A stretch of DNA of 64,000 nucleotides, taken from contig NC_043013.1 of assembly GCF_006345805.1 (NCBI RefSeq), positions 40,424,001 to 40,488,000 on the forward strand, written 5' to 3'. Below, piece by piece: positions 1 through 12,723 of this stretch. The number at the start of each line of letters is the position of its first letter. Within the stretch, counting starts at the first letter, position 1. Below the pieces are notes generated by a model. It had not been told where the DNA came from. It saw only the letters and a program-made list of their open reading frames with translations, and searched no databases. The position numbers were made by a program, and so were the translations under genes. The stretch comes from Octopus sinensis (lineage: Eukaryota).

Positions 1-380
1 GGTTCATGGTTTATATCTGTACAATGCCACTGGCCAAACCAGCTTGATGCTTTTGCTGAGGGTATAGTCTCTCCATATTGTATTTAATAACTCCATGTCT
101 GATCTTTCTGCAGTGAGTCTTGTTCTGACTTCCTGATTGCAGTTCATTGTTTAGTCAAAATGATGCCCGAGTACTTGAACTTATCAATCTCCTGGGCTAG
201 CATGATACCCTGACATTACATGGTAAGCTGCTCTGATTCCCTGGTGGCAGCTATGATCTTGATAATTTTAGTGCTAATCTCTAGCTGAAACTTGCTGGAA
301 ACTTGACTGTGTCACTCAGTCCTTGGAACTCAGCATTGTAAAGATTATTTAGTCACCAGCTACTGATGCATACACCACCA
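1..380 (-). mobile_element. RTE-like LINE remnant (C-terminal part of reverse transcriptase)
   Basis: Minus-strand translation with stops and frameshifts gives LEISTKIIKIIAA..EIDKFKYSGIIL..NQEVRTRLTAERSDM..LNTIWRDYTLSKSIKLVWPVALY. This resembles the RTE motif string FKYLG / EIRxRL / IW / PxxLYGCExWT. Runs off the window start. Confidence 0.65.
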
Positions 381-827
381 ATCCAGCCAAGACTATCTGC
401 TGACCACTGCATCACTTCCTCATAGCAGAGGATAAAGCAAACAATTGAAATGAAATATCTCAAGTCAGTGACAAATCTAGAGGCTTATATCAGAGGTTAA
501 CAACAAATTCAAGATCCTAGATGTGCTCAAAATTAATTGTTAACAATTAATTTTTGAAATAGTAATGGTTGTTGATTTCTGCCAATTAGGACACAGCCAG
601 CCAAAGGAATGTATCTTGTGAAGAAGGACTTCACAATGGCTGTAACCTATTTGGGACTAATTTATTCCCTGGTTCTACACGGTTATATTACAGTTATTAT
701 GCTACAAGTGATAATTTCATAATATATAATACATTAAGCAGCAAAATAAATACGTTAAATGACAAAACACACCATTTATCAACAAGCAAGATATATTCTC
801 CATGACAAAATGCAGTGAATAGCTTGT

Positions 828-950
828 TTCCCAAGGTCAACTTTGCCTTTCATCATTTTGGGGTTAATGAAATAAGTACTAGTTGAGCACTGGGGTTAAT
901 GTAATTGACTTGTTCCCTTCCCCTAAAATTTTAGACCTTGGATTTATAGA
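828..950 (+). mobile_element. SINE remnant with Nin/Deu-like central domain (CpG-decayed copy)
   Basis: caaggtcaactttgcctttcatcattttggggttaatgaaataagtactagttgagcactgggg is the same family as the better-preserved copies at 30818-31363 and 44795-44968, with CpGs converted to TpG/CpA. Confidence 0.7.
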
Positions 951-2065
951 AGAAAGGATCATTGAATACTCATTACTTTGATTATGTGATTTGATTATGT
1001 TGCTTGAAAATTCTTTTAAAAAACGAGTTCTAAAAATGCTTTCATTATTGAATAAATATAAATTTCATTATTTTGTGCAGGTTGTAGGAAGCCCTCCCTG
1101 GAAGTTAATGTCCGATGTATCAATACACAGGAATTATTAATTTTACTTTGGGCTTTTGTTTTCAAAAAGTCTTTGAAAAATATCTAATCAAAAGGTTAGT
1201 ATTATTGTACAGATTACATTAATTGATTGGCTAAAAAATTTTCTTTGAGAAAATCTTTTGGAAAAATTTTTTTAAAACATTTGGTTCTTTTGATATATAA
1301 AATGGCTGACAATAAACTGAATGATAACCACCAATAAATTATTGGTAATAAAACTGAAGCATTTTTTTCTGAATTGTTTACATACTAAAGAAATAATTGC
1401 ATGTGGTAGACTGAAAGCCTATGTAACAATCAAAGGAATCATTTTCTATGAAATATTCATGAGATAACTCCCAATACTGATTAAGCAATTGAATTTCTTG
1501 AACTCACTGGATTCATTCGCAATTCAGTACTATGTTGTAATCAAGCAATAGGTTTGTTAACTGTGAGGAGAATAATTTTCTTTCAGTTTCTAGATTTTAT
1601 TAAAAAAAAACCCAAAGCTTCATAAAAAATATCATTTGTATTTTAGTGATAAATCAGTTATCTAAAAACCAATAAATGAATCTAAAATTATTCTATTTGT
1701 GAAAAATCATTTTCCTTCACTTTCATTTTATTGTTGGCTATTTTATATACTTAAATTGAAATATCGCAAAAAGTTACAAGGAGGTGGGATTTAAAGGACT
1801 GAATTTGTGGGGGGAAAAAAAGCAACAAAAGACAAAATGTGTTTTTTGGGCTGGATAATAATCTCTTGTGCCTAAAACATAACTCAAAGAGGATTTTTGA
1901 AGAAAAAAACATCTTAAATATGCAAAAGTTACAGTGAATTGCTCCCCACACTTTACCATCAAAGAAGGTAGTGCAAAAGAAAAGAATTGGTTTTAAGTTC
2001 AATATAACATTGACATCTAGTGTTGAATTTTCATACACAAGTTTAAATTTTCAGGGGGATGAATA

Positions 2066-2995
2066 GTGACAGAATTATTTTGCAAGCCCACATCATCCCA
2101 CATTTACCTTCACTGTTGCTCTGATCAAACACATTATACAATTAAGTCAAATCCCAAATCCCAGTTTTTGAGTATAAAAGGAATTTGTATTGACATAACA
2201 GATTACTTGAAACATGTAAATTCTTTTGTGTGCCAATATGACAAATGAAGTTACAGTGAATTGTCATTAAAAGAAATCACGAATGACATTGCTAAAATTA
2301 GCAAGGAAAGGCAAAACTTGCATACATAATTTCTGCTACTGAAGTAAAATTTGTGATAGAATTCCTTTAGTGATTAATTGGCTCTGAAATTTCACTAGAA
2401 TTTTTAAAATATTGCATGAAAGTTGCATATTGCAGAAAAATATCCTCGTTTCAAACAAATATTTCCTCAGCTGCTTATTTTAGCCTTTAGATACAATAAA
2501 AAATATAAGAGAAATATTAACCACTTCCTCTAACTCCAAGAAAACTACCATTCGAGTTTCTGAATGCTGCACCTTAAAAAACAACCGCAAAAGAGGTAAG
2601 TAAGCCCTGTTCATTGTGCAACAGCTGGAGTCAAGTCAATTTCATCACAAATCATAACAGAAATGTTATGATTTATACAGAATGTGGGACATGTAAAGAT
2701 TTCCATTTGGCATACACAGCAAAATGCACCAAATGCAACTTGATTTATGATGGTTGTCTGACAGAACAATTAAACAAAAGATTCAATGGGCATGGGTATG
2801 ATGCCAAGCCCAATAGTAGTAGTTCAACAGAACTTGTTGAACATTTTACATCAAACAGCTGCAATTTTCAGGAACACCTGAAAGTGCACATTCTCAGAAA
2901 AAATTCTGACTCTACTACACTTTCAGTCCTCAAAATGCATGAGAACAAGTATATTTGTGAATTAATAACATCACACACTTGAGGAATTAATAAAA
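2066..2995 (+). mobile_element. Penelope-like element remnant (RT C-terminus plus GIY-YIG endonuclease)
   Basis: ORF 2066-2248 TELFCKPTSSHIYLH..KSNPKSQFLSIKGIC matches the PLE RT tail (TDLYxKPTDxHxYL..SIPxSQFLRxxRIC). ORF 2614-2982 AKCTKCNLIYDGCLTEQLNKRFNGH..ELVEHF..HLKVHIL..E is a degenerate GIY-YIG domain. Confidence 0.8.
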
Positions 2996-3399
2996 TGGCA
3001 GGTGAATTTTATCACCTGTTTGACTAAGTATTCTTTTCCCTATTTTTTTCTTTTTTTCCTTTTTCTTCTTTTTCCTTTTACCAGTTATGAAAGTGAAAAC
3101 TGATATTACTTTATCTGAGTAGGAATGGAAGATTTCCTCATTTATCTTGATATGAGATCACCATGTCGTACACATATGACTGTGATGCATGTGCCTGGTG
3201 TATCAGATGGATAGTCAGAATTGGTATACTAGGCTGTGTATACTTTATTCCAGTGTCACTTTGATGGCATGCACTGCTCTCTCAATAATAATAACAACAA
3301 CAATAAAAATGCCAACATCATCTTATCTTGGTAAATTGTCTACCCATACTAATTAAGGACTGGAATGGAAAGGAAGTGTTTGCTTTTATAAACATTTAG

Positions 3400-3570
3400 A
3401 TCTCTTCTGATCAAAACATTGCCTGAAAGGAGATTAAAAAGCTATCAAAATACAAAGGCCTTGAATTTGAAACAAATACAAGGAGGAGCATGAAAGTGAA
3501 AACAGTATCAATAATAATTGGAACACTAGGTGTGATATAAAGAAATTATGCACAAAAACATACCAACGAT
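3400..3570 (+). mobile_element. R4/Dong-like (restriction-like endonuclease clade) non-LTR remnant
   Basis: Translation PSDQNIA*KEIKKLSKYKGLEFETNTRRSMKVKTVSIIIGTLG resembles the C-terminal RLE motif EKxxKYxDLxxE..IPIIVGALG. Confidence 0.5.
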
Positions 3571-4339
3571 ATCAGGGTTAATAAAGATAGCTTCACTTTT
3601 ATCTTTTCTCTTTCACTTGTTTCAGTCAACAGCCCTGCTGGAAAAATACCTTGGAGAATTTCTTCAGTTGAGTAAATCAACCCCAATACTTAGTTTTTTT
3701 TTTTAAGCCTGTTACTTATTTTGTCAAACTGCTAAGTTTTAGGGATTTAAACACACCAGCACTAGTTCTCAAGCAGAGGTGGGGGACAAACACAGACACA
3801 TCATATATATATATATGCATACACTATGCACATATGCTGACTGGGGAAGAAACTGTCCCATGACCAAATTGAAAATCTCTCAGATTAGATGTCTAGTTTT
3901 GTGTATTTCTGTATGCTTCTTCATTGAGAGCTGCCCAATTGGCTGGCATCAGCTAATTCCACTAGTCAGTAAATATGTATTTACCATAGAAATCTATGGC
4001 TGATTTAGCGGAATGCTAATGTGTGCACAAAAAATTGATATAAAGAACTAGGTTCAATATAATACCATAAAGGAAAACTTCAATCATTACTAAATGTGAC
4101 TAAGGGTGCTGAGACATCTACGTTGCTAGAAATAGGTGTAAAATACTCCTTGTATGTAGGAAGAGCACAAATGTATACACATACACTGAGTGGGGAAGAA
4201 ACATACACTTTGCACTCATTCTACAGCTCAAGGGTTATTTTAACCTAATTCTAACAATGTAGGTGTCTTAGTCACATTTAGTGACGACTGAATTTTTCCT
4301 TTATGGTGTTATATTGTGCCTAGCTGTTTATATTAATTT

Positions 4340-4411
<72 letters not shown>

Positions 4412-4415
<4 letters not shown>

Positions 4416-4634
4416 GTGCATAGGTTCCCCACCTGGATGGAACATCGGTCTGTCGCAGGTGAGCTCTAGATGCAGGAGGAAAGAGTGAGAGAAAGTTGCA
4501 GTGAAAGAATCAGCAGAGGTTTGCCATTACCTTCTACTGGAGCCATGTGGAGCTTAGGTGTTTCACTCATAAACACACACATCACCCGGTCTGAGATTTG
4601 AACCCACGATCCCTCGACTGTGAGTATGCTGCTC
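4412..4634 (-). mobile_element. tRNA-headed SINE, diverged; head shared with the 29862 family but a different 3' part
   Basis: gagcttaggtgtttcactcataaacacacacatcacccggtctgagatttgaaccc aligns with the head region of the 36393-36763 copy. The distal part (revcomp cacctgcgacagaccgatgttccatccaggtgggg) has no counterpart in that copy. Confidence 0.6.
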
Positions 4635-4648
4635 TCTCTCTCTCTCTC

Positions 4649-4701
<53 letters not shown>

Positions 4702-7579
4702 TATATATACATATATGATGAACTTCTTTCAGTTTTTGTCTACTTAATCCACTCACAAGGGTTTGGTCAGCTCGAGACTATAGTGAAAGACATTTGCCCA
4801 AGGTGCCATGCAGTGGGACTGAATCTGGAACCATGTGGTTGGGAAGCAAGCTTCTTACCACATAGCCTTGCCCATGTAAGACACTTTCAATTCAAAAAGC
4901 ACAATTCAAACAGTACACACTCTGCCTCAATATGTATCCTGTGCTGTAACTACTCAATAAAATAGCACAACTCACACTATGCATATTTTAAGGAGTCACC
5001 ACCAAACAATACCCCACAGCACATACTCTCACACAGTCAACACTCAATGAAATAATACATCTTCCTTTTCATAAACAATACTCAACATTAAATCATCAAC
5101 TGATATTGCACATATTCTATATAACAGATGAAACGCTTAAATATCATCAAACACAAGAAACCAAATTGCAAAACAAAACTGATACAGAAAACAAATGCAA
5201 TTCTCCTTTTGACAAAGACAATACTGGATACTCCTCAGCAACAGCTGCTACAGAAACTCACATAAAGCTATTGAAAACATAATTACTTGTAACATAGGTT
5301 AGAAATTTAGAGGAGTTAGTTGATTAAATCAAACTCAGTATGTATGTGACTTTATCAATTCTGGAAGGATAAATAACAAATTTAAAGTTGGTGGGATTTG
5401 AACTCACTATTTACTTGCAATTCTTTACAGAGCTGTAATTAAATACTGCAAGGCATTTTATCTGATGCTTTATTATTCTACCAATTCACCACTCTTATAA
5501 TTGCTTCTAACATAAGCACAAATACTGAAATCTGAGGGATTGATGTTAGTCAATGCCATTAACCTCAGTTCTTGAGTGGTACCTTATTTTATTATCCTAG
5601 GAGGAATGAAATTAAAATTGAGCTTGATTGTATTTGAAACTAGAATGTAAAAAGCTATGGTTAAATACTGCAATGTGTTTTGCCTGATGTGCTAATGCTT
5701 CTGTCAATGCACCATTCTAATAATTGATTAAATAAAAAAAACATTGGTTATTACTTTATAGCTGTCATTATGCAAAAATGTTAATATTACAGAAAACCAT
5801 ATCTAATTTCATCCTAATATTGTGTGATACTTACATGGTCAGAAAATTAGGAGAGAAACATGTATAATAACTGTTAAGTGATGTGTAGTTAATAAAAAAC
5901 AGTAATTTCCAATCTATTTCTTTTCTTGCAAAAAGCACTGAATTTTATTCAAGTATTTATTACCTACTTTCAATCTTGTTTGAAATAATATTGACTAATA
6001 AGCATAAGATCTTGATTTTGAGGATATTTGTAAATGACTACCTCAATCCAGTGCATTACTAGTATCTATTGATACCTGTAAGATAAATGACAAAGCTGAC
6101 TTTGAATTGCAAGAATAGTGAACAAAATGCCATGTGGTAATTAAATACAATCAGTCCACTGCTCTCTACCCAGAAATAACATTAAAATAAGATATAAATG
6201 AGGCATGATGGAAAATAGAGCAACTGGGAATTAAAACAATATGAAAGACAAACAAGCTTGAGGTCTATGATTCTGAGAGTTGGTTGTGTAAAAGAAATTT
6301 AAAGAGGGGAAAAACAAAGAGTTGTTGGCAGCTTCCTAAAATTAAGTATTCAATACAAACTCATATCTAATAAACTACTGATGTTGATTTCATGAGGAGA
6401 ATATAAACTGATTTAATATCAGGTGTAAAATGTTTGTTAACCAGGATTTTAAATGTCACAGTAACAAAATAATTTCTCATCGTCATTGGAATGTATGCTG
6501 AAAATGTGGATTTCAATTTTCTGGAAGTTCCCTAGGAAAATTATTATTGGACTTAATGTTTGACCTGACCAAGTCAGATAACATAGCTTGATATTTTGGT
6601 TCTCAATAAAGAGACAAATAAATCTTCTGGAAACAGTAACATTGTTCAAAGAAATTTTTAGAAATTTATCAATTGTCAGAAGTCAAGATAGAGATTTCAA
6701 GATTGTGAAAAAATGTGATTTGAATAATAGTTTGAATACAAAGATAAATTAAGAAACTTATAATTAAATAAAGATAAACACCTTACAAAAGAATTCTGGC
6801 TTTGTAAGACATGTTATTATAATAACAATAATAATGGTTTCTAATTTAGGCACAAGGCCAGCAGCTTTGAGAGAAGGTGGTATTAGTTAGCACCACCAAC
6901 CCAGTACTTGGCTGGTACTTTATTTTATTAATTTAAAAAGGGTGAAAGACTAAGTTGACCTCAGCAGGATTTGAGTCCAGATCAAAAGGTACCTTGGAAT
7001 TATTACTATTTTCCTATACTTAAAACAAATATTAACAGACAGTAATAATAATTTTGGCACAAGACCAATAATTTCAAGGGAATGAGCAAGCTGATTTACA
7101 TCAACTCCAGTACTCTTCTAGTACTTATTTTATTGGCCCCAAAAGGATGGAAGACGAAGTTGACATCAGTGAAATTTGAACTCAGAATGTACAGATGGAT
7201 GATCAAGTGTCTTCTACTTTAACTCTGGGCCAACCAAAGCCATGTAAATAGATTTGGTAGACAGAAACTGAAAGAAGCTCATTGTATATATGTATATACA
7301 TATATGTATATATTTTTCCCCCAAATCCCACCACTTGACAGCTGGTGTTGGTTTGATTACTTCCCTGTAACTTAATAATTTGGCAAAAATCAGTTCTGGG
7401 GTTCATTTGCTCAACTAAACCCTTCTATGTGGTGCACCAGTATGGCCACAATCCAACGACTTAGACAAGTAAAAGATAAATGATATAGGCACAAGACCTG
7501 AAGTTTCGGACCCCAGTACACAACTGACCCTTATTTTATCAATTCTGAAAGGATGAAAGTCAATAATAATAATAATAAT

Positions 7580-7787
7580 AAACATTGTGTACAGTGCTCA
7601 GGTGCACTACAACTCATCGAAAGTGTATATATAATCAGGTGTAGTTTCGACGGATTTCGGAAAGCATGAGGGCCTTAAAGGATGCAGTGTCATGGCAGTC
7701 AACAACTGACGCAGGCAGTTTATTCCATGCTTCAGCAACTCTGAGTGTGAAGAAATGTTTCCGAAAGTCATGGGAGCTGTGTTGTTT
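7580..7787 (-). mobile_element. CR1/L2-type LINE 3' end
   Basis: Minus ORF 7635-7838 ends HSSHDFRKHFFTLRVAEAWNKLPASVVDCHDTASFKALM, the typical RxxFFxxRVxxxWNxLP..FK terminus, followed by a short 3' UTR and an (AAT)n tract. Confidence 0.8.
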
Positions 7788-7894
7788 TTTGGCAGAATTT
7801 GAACTCAGAATGTAAAAATATTGGACGAAATATTGCAAAACATTTCATCCAATACTCCCATAATTCTGTCAGCTCACCAATAGTAATAGTAATG

Positions 7895-8200
7895 TCTTGG
7901 AACAACTTTTATGTGTCCAATATTTTAGAGAATTAAATCAAAAACAACAAAAAGAAACTGTAGCTTGGATGTGAAGTGCAGAAATAAAAGGAGCAAGAAA
8001 GAGTCTACTGGTTACAGGTTGAGATCTGGTGCTGGCTGGAAGACTACAAAGAATCGAATAAACTCATACTAGAAGGAATCCAAGAATGCAATCTCATAAT
8101 CAAACTACCAGAAAAGAGGTATAATAACAATTCTTTAAATATTATGATACATAAGAACATAGCAACATTTAGAAGACAGATGTCAGCAGGTTGAACAATT
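7895..8200 (+). mobile_element. R4/Dong-like non-LTR remnant
   Basis: QYFRELNQKQQKETVAWM*SAEIKGARKSLLVT resembles the post-RT WLxxxxLKxETExLIxAAQDQ segment. Heavily decayed. Confidence 0.4.
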
Positions 8201-8514
8201 AATGAAAATTCTGATGTCCTAATTAAATATAAGAAAAAATTAGCATATCATCTAGTGAATGTGTTTGGGAAGTACCAAACATACAGGTAAGAATTGAAAA
8301 TAAACTGGTACTTATTTTATTGACCCCAAACTCAACTAGTACTTATTTTATTGACCCTAAAAGGATGAAAGGTGAAATACCTCAACAGAATTTGAATTCA
8401 CACTATAAAGATAGATGAAGTGCCACTAAGCATTTTGCCTCGCATGCTAACATTTCTGCCAGCTCACTACCTTAAATAATGATGATGATGATGATAATAA
8501 TAACAAAGATGATA

Positions 8515-8830
8515 ATCTACTATAATAATACTCTTGTGTCTTTCTCCATCATAACATGAACGAGAAAGGAAGGGGTGATAGATGAATAAGGAAGGAAAGA
8601 AGGGGCGATATCAAACTGGAAGTGGGATTGTGAACATTCAATGCTGAAAAGAAAAATCAAACAGTGTTTCAACTCTGTGTCAGTATATGTGTGTGTATAT
8701 AAAAGGGAGGTATGTGAATGTTTGTGTGTGTGTGTGCATGCATGTGCAATGGAAATGGGATGGTGAACATTCAAATGCTGAAAAGAAAAATCAAACAGCA
8801 TTTCAACTCTGTGTGAGTATATCTGTATGT
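8515..8830 (-). mobile_element. Non-autonomous Helitron-like interspersed repeat (partial)
   Basis: Reverse complement of the 3' part of 15511-16014. It shares the aagagtattattatagtagat terminus and the internally repeated ttcaatgctgaaaagaaaaatcaaacag unit. Confidence 0.55.
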
Positions 8831-9332
8831 GTGTGTACAAGGGAAGTATGTAAATGTACGTGGACATTGACAAATGTATTAATTTTATTTACCATCCTTA
8901 TTTATATATAAAATACTGCAATTAGCCATCATTTTTGACAGCACGAGGCCAGCTAGTAATAATAGCAATGAGTTACCATCAGCACCATTGTTTTTAATCT
9001 CCACTTTTCCATATTTGTACAGGTTAGACAGAGTTTGTTGCAGTAAATTTTTTGTGGCTGATTGCTCTTCCTGTTACCAACCCTTATCTGTTTCCAAGTA
9101 AAGTAATATTTCCCCTTTGCCAGAAATGTCTTCATGGAAGACTGGGAACGAATGACACCACTTGTGTGATAGTGACAATGTTCACAACTATTATGCAATG
9201 TCAAAATAAGGAGGCAAAAATACACACGTATGTATGTTTATACACACACATATAAATAGAAATATGTGTGTGTGTGTATATATTAATATATATATAAATA
9301 GAGCTATGTGTGTGAATAGATATATATATATA

Positions 9333-10000
9333 GGGTGTGGTGAATATATTGTCATCTAAATTATGCAAACATGAAAATAACACTGACATCTCATTTTATC
9401 AGATATATTTACCAAATTTACATAAAAATATTTTGAAATACTAAAGAGTAAATTTATTCAATAAAATTACCATTGACTTCAACCACAGCCTCCAGATGAC
9501 TTCGGAATCTCCTGCAATTCTTCTGGATGGTCACCTTGTTTAAGTTGGTGAATGCTGCCATAATCCTTACTTTCACTTCATCTTTGGTGTTATAAGGAGT
9601 TTTGTTGGTCTCTCACTGTGCCCCATACATAATAATCAAGGGGGTTGCAGTCTAGGAGTTAGGTGGCCTGATGTTAGGGGTAATGTGGTTGCAGAAATTG
9701 TCTGACAGCCATGACTAGGTTCTCCTGTTTGTGTAGCATGGTGCAGTCCTGTTGCCAGACATAGGGTCTCCCTGCAGCCACCCTCTTGACCCAGGGCAGC
9801 ACTACCTCCTCTAGGCACTTGATGTAGGCCTCCATGTTGAGTGTGAGGCCATGTGAGAAGGTGAATGGAGGCTTAATATTGCCATCACTAGTGATCACTC
9901 CAAACACCATGATGTTGACTGGATGTTTGATTTTTATTACTCTCGGTACATGTTTTGGGGACACAGCAAGCCAACGGTTATTCTGTGTGTTCACCATCTG
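9333..10000 (-). mobile_element. Tc1/mariner superfamily, DD37D (maT-type) transposase remnant, 5'-truncated
   Basis: Minus strand NTQNNRWLAVSP..VMVFGVITSDG..RPYVWQQD(S)APCYTNRRT*SWLSDNFCNHITPNIRPPNS*DCNP(L)DYYVWG. After repairing small indels there are 37 residues between the 2nd and 3rd D. A TIR-like end (TA)gggtgtggtgaatatattgtca lies at 9331. Confidence 0.75.
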
Positions 10001-10235
10001 TTCGTATTGGAGCTTCTAGTATGAATGTCAAGCAGTACAACATGTCGTTTCCAAATTTCTGGCAGAGTGAATTGTATCATGGTGCTGTTTTTCTCACAAA
10101 CAGTGTCCAACTGACCCTACTATACCATGTAGTTGACAAAATAAAAAACAAACAATGCGCATACACAAAATAAAAAATATAAAATGGTTACAGTTTACCC
10201 ATCACACACTATATACACACACACACACACATGCC

Positions 10236-10270
<35 letters not shown>

Positions 10271-10396
10271 AATAGGTTTAAGAGACAGAACCACCTATTT
10301 ATATATATGTGTATAATACAGAGAGAAATTCATTTTAGTACCACTAAATTGAATTTCTCTTCCCTGTGGACTCAGAAATAACTTCCCTAATATTAA

Positions 10397-10456
<60 letters not shown>

Positions 10457-12510
10457 GACGAGCATCTTTCAGTTACTGTCTATCAAATCCACCCACGAGG
10501 CTTTGTTCAGCCCAAGGCTATAGTAGAAGATACTTATCTAAGGTGCCACACTGTGAGATTGAATTCAAAACCATGAAAGAGGGATACTCCCAGGTAGATC
10601 CAGCTGAGGGACTGACTATTGAAGTTGACAGCTATAAATGATGTCATTGGATCATGCATTGTTTCACTTCTTTAGCTATTTCAACTAAGTCTGTTTTAAA
10701 AATTATTTAAAACTAAATGTTTTAAATAATTTTGTCTTTATTTAGTCTGTGAATGGCTGATTTCTGTAGGTTACGAAGTGGATCAACACAGAAACATATA
10801 TTCTATGATCCAATGACATCATCCCTAGCCCCCAAAACATGCTCCCCACCCCCCGTCTAGGCAGAGAATTTTCTCCTGGAACTGTCGCCACAGCAAAAGG
10901 TCTTATCATATCCAAGTATACTCAAGCATGTTAAAAATAACTTTACATGAATAAATTTTATTCAACACTTTGTGTGACATTATTTATATAACGCATGTGT
11001 GTGTTGGCACAGTATGGTCAGATGGTTTAGAAGTTTACTTCACAACAGCAATATCCTGAGTTCAAACCCACTACAGAGTAACTGGGCAGAAGTTATTAAT
11101 ATTTTTTTTTTTGCCTCAGGTTACCTAATACACTGTGAGTGAAATTTGGTAGACGGAAACTGTATAGAATCTCATCATCTAAGTTGCATCTTAATTCAGA
11201 AGGTACAGCTTTGTCATACATTGTGTCATGCTAATTCAGCTTGTGGGTTATTACATGTTGGTAGCATAACATTCTCAGGTCATTTGAATGAACAATTGAA
11301 TCCTTATTGTATGATGGACTTCAACTACCATATATATCATCATTTTAATGTCCACTTTTCCATGTTTACATGAGTCATATATATTTAGATACATAAAAGC
11401 ACAGTCATATATATTTACATACATAAAAGCATATGTGTGTGTATATATATGTGGCATATATATGCAACAGGCTTCTGCACAGTTTCCATCTACAATATTT
11501 CATTCACAAGATTGCTCAACTAGGCTCTTTCCAAAAAAGTGAACATCTTAACCACATAGCTATATGCCTGTTTATAAAATCTTTTTAAAGAATAAATAAT
11601 ATCTGAAGATTTTATTTACATTATTAATGTTAATTTAATTTATTCTAGTTAGCATATCATTGTTAAGGGTCAGAATTTAAACTTCTATCTTAAAAGCTAT
11701 TCCTGTTGATGCTTATAAAATACAATTTAATGCTATGAAATTGTTGATGACCCAGAAGTGAATATTTCTATATTGCAAATTAGCTGACAGCTTTAAGACA
11801 AGGTGTTATGAAGAAATAATCATAATTACTACAATTATTAAAATTGAATTGTCATAAATTAAGTTATCTATTCAAATAAACCCAAACACTTGAGTTTTCC
11901 ATCTGAAATCTGGTAATTGTTTCCAACTATTCTAGCTAAGCCTGTTTAGTTCATTAAAATTAGTCTGCAACAAATCTTTTATGACATTTTAAATCAAGTT
12001 ATCATACTTGCATGGCTGCCTGGCAAATGATAAATATCTTGCTAGTTTTGTTGGTGAGTCTGTTACTTATTTCTGTCTGAGATTGATGTTTATAGTGTTA
12101 AATATCTTTTTGCACTAAATATCTTTGCAATTAATCCATCATTAACTGTAGTATTGCACATTGTTATGTTTGATATTAGTATATATAATATTTATGTCAA
12201 ACTTTACTATGTGGTAAGTCCATAAATTTTAGCCAGTACTTCATTTGTAAACTAATGAAAATAAGTTAAGGAGCCTCTGTATGGTTGTTCAACATGTTAG
12301 AAATAGGAGCAAAGTCTCCATTAATTTTTAACAATGGAAATAGAGCAGCTGCTATACCCACACAAATCCTAGACTATTTCTCAAGGCTATTTGGCTAATG
12401 GAAAAGACTCTTTCCAAAAAAGGTACATCCATCTGTCTCACAGATATGATGTTCCTTTTCTCTGTTGCTACATAATCACTTTTTACTCAATGAGTAGAAA
12501 ATCAGACATA

Positions 12511-12723
12511 TGAGGGGCTGCTGAAAAGTTCCTAATTTTAAGGGTGTTGTGAAAGGCCTGGTTGGAGGCTCATCCTTCTGCGTTCTTTTACATGGCTTAG
12601 AAAAACTGAAGGACCACTGTAATAAGTGTGTGAATCTGAAAAACATGTTGAATAAAATCATAATTAACTGATTTTCTTGTATTTTCTTTTATCCAAAGCC
12701 AGGAACTTTACAGCATCCCCTCG
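12511..12723. mobile_element. Mariner-type MITE (~213 bp)
   Basis: TIRs tgaggggctgctgaaaagttcct (12511) and aggaactttacagcatcccctcg (ends 12723). TA on both sides (12509-10, 12724-25). Confidence 0.85.

Noticed and set aside
1081-1116. Possible 36-nt exon (ttttgtgcAG|VVGSPPWKLMSD|GTatca)
   Set aside because: Acceptor is plausible, but the donor is weak and I do not recognise the peptide; no further support.
1751-2038. 95-aa minus-strand ORF
   Set aside because: No recognisable motif, low complexity from A/T runs, and no convincing splice signals.
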